Source: Felis catus (lineage: Eukaryota). From it: a stretch of DNA of 60,000 nt. The notes under the pieces are model-generated. The model was given only the letters and a program-made list of their open reading frames with translations, had not been told where the DNA came from and ran no database searches. This document shows positions 53,982 to 60,000 of the stretch, piece by piece; positions within the stretch are counted from its first letter, which is position 1, and the number at the start of each line of letters is the position of its first letter. Made by a program: the position numbers and the translations under genes. The stretch lies in contig NC_058368.1 of assembly GCF_018350175.1 (NCBI RefSeq), forward strand, positions 141,052,001 through 141,112,000, given 5' to 3'.

Positions 53982-54189
53982 AAAAATTTTATTTATTTAT
54001 TTTGAGAGAGACAGAGCAGTGCAAGTGGGAGGAGGGGCAGAGAGAGAGGGAGAGAGAGAGAATACCAAGCAGGCTCTGCTCTGTGAGCCGAGTCGGGGCT
54101 CGCACCCATGAAACCGTGAGATCATGACCTAAGCCGAAACCAAGAGTGGTGGCTCAACCACTCAACTGACTGAGCCACTGAGGCACCTC
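53982..54189 (-). mobile_element. Can-SINE
   Basis: TSD TCTGTTGGCTTTTT at 53968 and 54190. Confidence 0.92.
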
Positions 54190-54248
54190 TCTGTTGGCTT
54201 TTTCTGATGTATATTACCAAAAGGAGGATTATTAGATCAAATTGACTT

Positions 54249-54271
54249 AAAACTTTTTTTAATTTTTTTTT

Positions 54272-54309
<38 letters not shown>

Positions 54310-54463
54310 CATGAATGGGCGAGGGGCAGACAGAGAGGGAGACACAGAATCCAAAGTAGGCTCCAGTCTCTAAGCTGTGTCAGCACAGCTTGACCCCACA
54401 AACCATGAGATCATGACCTAGCTGAAGTTGGACACTTAACCGACTGAGCCAACCAGGCGCCCC
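54249..54463 (-). mobile_element. Can-SINE
   Basis: 16-bp TSD TAGATCAAATTGACTT at 54233 and 54464. Confidence 0.93.
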
Positions 54464-54589
54464 TAGATCAAATTGACTTTAAAAACTAAGAGCATAGAAC
54501 ATAAAACTCTCTCATTAAAAGGTTAAAAAAAATTTTTTTGAGTCATAACAGTTAAGAGAAAGGCAAAGGAGGAAGAAATAGGAGAAAAA

Positions 54590-55105
54590 AATTCATTCAG
54601 CAAATATTTTAGCACCTACTATGTGCTAGGCACTGTTCTAGGAATTTGGGAGCCATCAGTGACTAAGAAACCAAAAAATTCCTGCCCTGGTAGAGCCTAT
54701 ATTCTAGTGGGTGAAGATAGACAATCAGCATAATAATAAAGGAGCTAATTATATAATAAGCTGGAAGGTGCTAAGCGCCATGGAAGAAGATAACTAGAGC
54801 AGGCTGAGGGGAATCAGGAGTGATGGAGAGACAATGGAGGGTTTGTGGGTTGTGATTTTAAACAGGAATTGCTACATAGATGACATCTGAGCAGAGACTT
54901 AAGGAGAGTGAGGAAGTTCGCCATGTCAGAGGGAAGAGCTCCTGGCTAATAATGTTAGGTTTCCTGGAGAGGCGGCCAGGAGGCCAGTCTGCCTGAGGCA
55001 GAGAGAGTGAGGGCAAGAGGGAAGAGGGCTGAGAAAGGCCAGGTACGGGCCACATCAGGTAGGGTTTGGTAGGCTCCTATAAGGAATGTGACTTTTACTC
55101 TAGTT
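54590..55105 (-). mobile_element. L2 3' relic
   Basis: ATTCATTCAGCAAATATTT..AGCACCTACTATGTGCTAGGCACTGTTCTAGG. Confidence 0.8.
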
Positions 55106-58100
55106 CCCAGGGGAGTCTGTAGAAAGGGTACACTAGACTTGCTTTCTTTGCTGGCAGATGCTGGACCTGTCCTTGACCCCTGGATCTAAGTCCCAGGGAT
55201 GGGACAAGGGAACTGCTATATTTCTGACAGATTCCTTAGGATGATTCTGATGTGCAGTCAGGTTTGACATCACTCATTCTGTTCAAAGATTCCATTCTTC
55301 TCAATTTAAAATAATTGAATAAGAGGAAGTGAAAATTTCATAGCATCCCCAAATGTTGGTGATTTGGAGATTTTGGAGATTACCTAGGAAATTGGGGGCC
55401 CAAGGTTAAGTGACTTGCCCCAGGTTATACAGCTATAAGAGGCAGCAGTAGGTTTTGGATTCGCCCTCCTCACTCGGAGTTCAATGAACCTTCCCCTGTA
55501 CCAGGCTTCTTAATACACTGTCTCATTTCACTTATCAGGTGGTTAGATTTCCAATAAAGCTCCGCCATTAGGAATGTAGTTTGAATCCAGAAGCTCTGTA
55601 AGGTTGATTGGTTGATTAAATGTTTGGTTATCTAAAGATCGATCAGAAAGCTGCTGTTGTTTTAACCTTTTTGGTTAAGAATCATTCACAATGTATTAAT
55701 CACATTTTCTGCTTCTTTAGAGGAGTTCTGGAAGAGTCATGCCATTTTAGAATGGGAAATGACCTTAATTGTTCATGATCTTACGGTGCCTCTGGGTCAT
55801 AATTCTGAAATAAGCTCTTATTTGACATCAGTATAAAACATACAGGCCATTCAGCTGACCCTGGACATATCTGAGGTTTAGTTTTTGAAGACATTTCTGA
55901 TTTAGGTTGCTTTCTTTTGATTTGTTTCTTGGACATTGACTGTAACTACATTTTTTTTTTCACTTAATTTAATTGTTTTATAATGTTGGTTTCTCTGGCC
56001 CTATTATGTAACTTGAGCCTAAATTTTATCTGCAGTGTCTGAGCTTGTAGACTTTGCTTTTGTCCTGGAATGCATTGAAATTGTGGCATGGGAATCGGTC
56101 CAGAAATCACGTATCCAAGCAAGAACTCAGACCTCAGAGCTAAGCTAGGGAATGATTTCAGTGAAGCCATTTCTCCTTCACTTGCACACTTGCACACTTC
56201 CACGTGTTTCAGTGACCAGATCAGTGCCAATCCTAGGGGGAGGTTACACATTCCCACTGGGAACACTTGGTGGAGATGATAGGGATACCTTTTTTTTCTT
56301 TTCCTTTTACAAAGCCAGAGTTGGCAGTGGGAGCTGTGTCTGAGGAGGATACTGGAACTCTTGCTGCTCTGGGAATAGGTGGAAAAATGGATACTTCGCG
56401 CATTTCCCTCATTCCATCTTCTGCTCAGAAGAGTAGCATTCAGTGAAGGGCACTGGTCCCAGTACAAAGTATTCAATTCATATACTAAAGCCGTTCTGTA
56501 CTATTTGATAGGTACCTTGATGTTATCTACTCTGTCAAGGCTTAATCTTTCTTTAATGTAGAAAGTTTAACCTAAATTTGTTTCTGGGGAACCTTGTCCC
56601 TTCGTGATTCAGCCTCGAATGCTCTCCACCAGAAGATTGCTTGTAATTTCTGTTTTATCTTCTTGCCTTGAAAAGCCTCAGCCAGTGACTGGCCCTTTTC
56701 TCTTCTCTGGGTGGTTTCAATATAGTAACCACATTCGTAGAGGAAACCCTGACGAAGTGGACACTGTAGCATGAGAATTAGCATGGCTCTAAACTGCAAA
56801 AAAGGCCGCCACTCCTTGAAGGATGACTGAAATGGGTACATATAAGAGAATCATAGATGAGCTTTAGGAATGATTAGCTCCTGACTTAACATTACATCAG
56901 GTGTTGGTATGGAGAACAGTGCTTTTATAATTTCACTTTGATGATGTTTCCCCAGATTCTTAACAGTCCCTTGGAAGTAGAGCAGGTGGCAGCCATGAGG
57001 CTCGGGCCTTTTTCAAATGAATGATTATCTCTATTTCTCAGTCTCGACCATTTAATGTGGTGCTCTTATTGGCATGGATAGGGCCAAGGAAGCATGGACC
57101 CAGGGAGCCTGGAAGGGAACTGTGGAGGAAGAAGGCATGATGCCAGGGAAAAGAGAACACTCCAGCTAGGGGAGAGCTGCCGGCCGAAAGCCCTCAGTTC
57201 AGCTGTCAGTCTCATAAGGGGATTGGTTCAGTTGAAGAGAGCGGCCTTGCCCAACGTTGCTGAGATAGCCTACCATTCACTTAGTGGGGATGTAAAGGCC
57301 TGTCCTCCTAGCCTCGCCTCAGATGACTCTGAAAGGTCATCCCAACTGCAGAATCCCTCCCCTCCTGCAGGGATGCTTGAGGCTTTCATTAAGACCTTAT
57401 TCTAGCTTAGTTTCTCCTTCTGCTCAATCTCTCCTGCCTCACTCCCTCCTTCCCTTCCAGTTGGTGATTCTAGGAAGGCTTTCTAATAAATCTTTTTGCC
57501 TGCTAAACACCATCACAGCGTCTTGGGGAACCCAACCTGCACGGAAATTTTATGAGCAATTTGCCTGTCCATTAGAAACACAGCATAGACTTTTTCTGCA
57601 ATAATTGGAGAATTCTTCATGTCATAAAAAAAAAAAAGACTAAAAAGTTGAAAAGTTGGAGTACTAACCTGAAAAGCAGAGAAACAAAGATAGAATTAGA
57701 TTAGTTGTTTTTCCTTTCTATATTTGAATTTGAGATGCGGGGTGACACCTTGCTTCTCTATTAAGGTTAGGAGCTGTCACTGGAAGTCTTCAGCCACTTT
57801 AAAAGTTGACTAAGACAGAAAGGAAGTGAAGAACCAAACAAATTGTTTCAAATTGGATACTTATTCCTTTGTACTTAGCACCATGACTCTGTGTTCTTGC
57901 CCTTGCTCTTGTAAACAACTCTAGATTGACTTCTTTCTTAGACCGTCTCATTTCTCCCCTGTGCCTCTGGCAGCCGCCAGGAATCACTGCAAGAACCAAT
58001 GAATAAATGGCCGTGGTGTCTCGCATCTCTAATCCACATTTCAAATCATGGGGAGGATGAATGGCAGCCTTGCTTTTAAAGGTATTCTTATCCTCCTTGA

Positions 58101-58639
58101 GTGAGCTTGGCTCATGTGTGCCTCATTCAGGTAAAGAAGGGAAGGCAGTTTTGAATGCCCAGCCCAGAGTGTGGGCAGCAGCAGGTGACAGCAGGAGGCT
58201 GGATGCGGTAGAAGCCAGGGTGAAAATTAGGTGACACCCAAGCAGGAGGTGAAAACTCTGGAGGAGAAAGCCCAGGACCACGTGGGCGGCTTCTTTATGT
58301 TCCTTGCATGGATCTTAAGGGGAATTTGTGTGTGTTTATGGGTTCTTTCCGCTGCAGGGCCTCCCATCCCTTGGCATGAACCTCCAAATGTTGAGGTTAG
58401 ACATGTAATGGACTTGTTCTGAAGACTCAGACTCCATTCAACTCAGCTCTTAGAGTATGTGGGGGAAGTGATGGGTGGACTACAGAAGCGTTAGGTCTCT
58501 CCTTAACTCCCTGAGTATGCCGAGAGGCAAGCTAGTCAATTGGGTGGGCTTGGGCTGTTGGGGAGGGGCGTCTTGGTGTTTTGCTCAGGCATGCGGTAAA
58601 ATGTGTTCCTTCGTGAAAGGCGAGAAGCATATTGCAGTG

Positions 58640-59900
58640 CTACCCAGGGTACACAGCCCTCAGGGCCGGCACGGAGTGTGTGCCGCGAGGGGCAGCGGGT
58701 ACAGAAGGGACGAGGCCTCGGACCGCGCAGGAGGAGGGCGGGCGCGGAGGCGTGGAGCCAGCTGCAGCGCGTTGGAGCCCCGTGGGCCGAGCGGGGCGGC
58801 GGGCACGCTCGCCCAGCCGGGGAGAGCTCCGGGAGCGTCGGGCGGGGCCGAGGGGCGCAGTGGGGCCGGAGCGGCGGCGGCTGCGGAGCGGGGGCACCCG
58901 GAGAGGAAGGAGGGTGGAAGCGAGAGAGGGAGGGAGGGAGGGGGACGGGCGCGGACCGAAAGTGGGTAAAGAAGGTGCAGGCGGGCGGGCGCCCTGGCCC
59001 CGGGGCCGCGGGCGCAGGAGCCCGGCGAGGTCCAGCTGGGCGGCGGCGCCGGAGGAGCAGAGGGAGGAGGGGAAGCCGTAGGCGAGAGGAGCGTGTTTGG
59101 GGCGCCGCGGCAGGGAGGGTGGCGGCCGCCGGTGCGCGCGGGGCGCTGTGTGTGCGCGCTCTCCTGCTCGGGGAGGAAGATGGCCCAGAAGGGAAAGTTG
59201 GGGTGACGCGCGCAGCCCCCGGAGGCTCGGCGGGGGCCGCCGCGGCGAGTCCGACGGAGGGGCGGCCAGGCAGGTCGGGGGGCGCGCAGTTCGGGTGCCT
59301 CCTCCGCCGCCGAGGCGCCCGCCCCCTCACTGCAGGTGGCCGTGGGTACCCTGGGTCCGGGCGGCCAGGGGCGCGGGCGGGCGCGCGGGGAAGCCCGGCC
59401 GAGGGATGGGCTGTGCCCCCAGCATCCACGTCTCGCAGAGCGGCGTGATCTACTGCCGGGACTCTGACGAGTCCAACTCGCCCCGCCAGACCACCAGCGT
59501 GTCGCAGGGCCCCGCCGCCCCCCTGCACGGCCTCTTCGTCCAGACCGACGCCGCCGACGTTATTCCCCGGAGCCGCGCGTCTGGACCCCCCGGGGCCGCC
59601 CGCGTCCGCAGAGCCCGCACTGAGCTGGGCAGCGGCGGCAGCAGCGGCAGCAGCAGCGCGGGCTCCGCAGCCCCCGCCACGACCACCTGCAGGGGCCGGA
59701 GGCGCCACTGCTGCAGCAGCGCGGAGGCCGAGACCCAGACCAGCTACACCAGCGTCAAGGTAAACGGCTCAGGCTGGTGGGGGGCCGCCCGTCCCGTCCG
59801 GGCGGGGCTAGCACGAGTAGGGGGCTCCGGCGGAGTTGAGTGGCCGTGACGCGGTTGGTTTGGGAGGTTGTCACTAAGGAGGAGTTTACTTTAAATGTGT
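58640..59900. promoter_or_regulatory. CpG island and promoter of PDE8B canonical exon 1
   Basis: Very GC- and CpG-rich with several GC boxes; overlaps the first coding exon. Confidence 0.9.
59406..59759 (+). CDS. PDE8B: High-affinity cAMP-specific phosphodiesterase 8B, first coding exon (118 codons; gene continues beyond the window)
   Basis: Translation [46 protein letters not shown] matches the mammalian PDE8B N-terminus as remembered; Kozak GGGATGG; donor AAG|GTAAAC at 59760. Confidence 0.95.
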
Positions 59901-60000
59901 GGGAGCGGTGGGGGCCTGGGAAATGTGAGCAGAAGAGACCCCTGGAGGGGTCCTGGGAGCTGGTTCTGGGGGACCGGGTGGAGAAGAGAGCGCGGTGGGA

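Noticed and set aside
31000..58600. Antisense bias of SINEs as evidence of transcription from the upstream island
   Set aside because: About 10 minus to 4 plus here against about 6 to 3 upstream of the island; no real difference and small numbers
58536..59708. 390-aa antisense ORF and overlapping 281-aa and 250-aa sense ORFs
   Set aside because: Stop-codon scarcity in a GC-rich island with low-complexity A/P/R/G translation; only 59406-59759 matches a known protein
1..60000. CRISPR arrays, operons or a novel multi-gene system
   Set aside because: Vertebrate non-coding DNA; no regularly spaced repeat-spacer array or gene cluster seen

Overview
Mammalian genomic DNA from a felid (cat family), judged from abundant tRNA-Lys-derived Can-SINEs of the SINEC_Fc type and carnivore L1 3' ends. 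The only recognisable protein-coding sequence is the first coding exon of PDE8B (cAMP phosphodiesterase 8B; + strand, 59406-59759, [13 protein letters not shown]...YTSVK, then a GT donor), which lies in a CpG island at the right end. A second CpG island at about 29.6-31.0 kb contains a 36-nt ATG-initiated mini-exon (MEQTRCPPSAGQ|GTGAGC). It ends in the same phase 0 as the canonical exon 1, so it is a good candidate alternative first exon and promoter that would give PDE8B an N-terminus without the MGC lipidation motif. The rest is intergenic or intronic sequence dominated by SINEs, truncated L1s, L2/MIR, MaLR/ERV LTRs, DNA-transposon relics and microsatellites, with several nested insertions and repeated reuse of the same target site. 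I found no evidence of a new multi-gene system. Nearly all ORFs in the supplied track are chance ORFs or come from repeats. Repeat family names are from memory of consensus sequences, and old-repeat boundaries are approximate.
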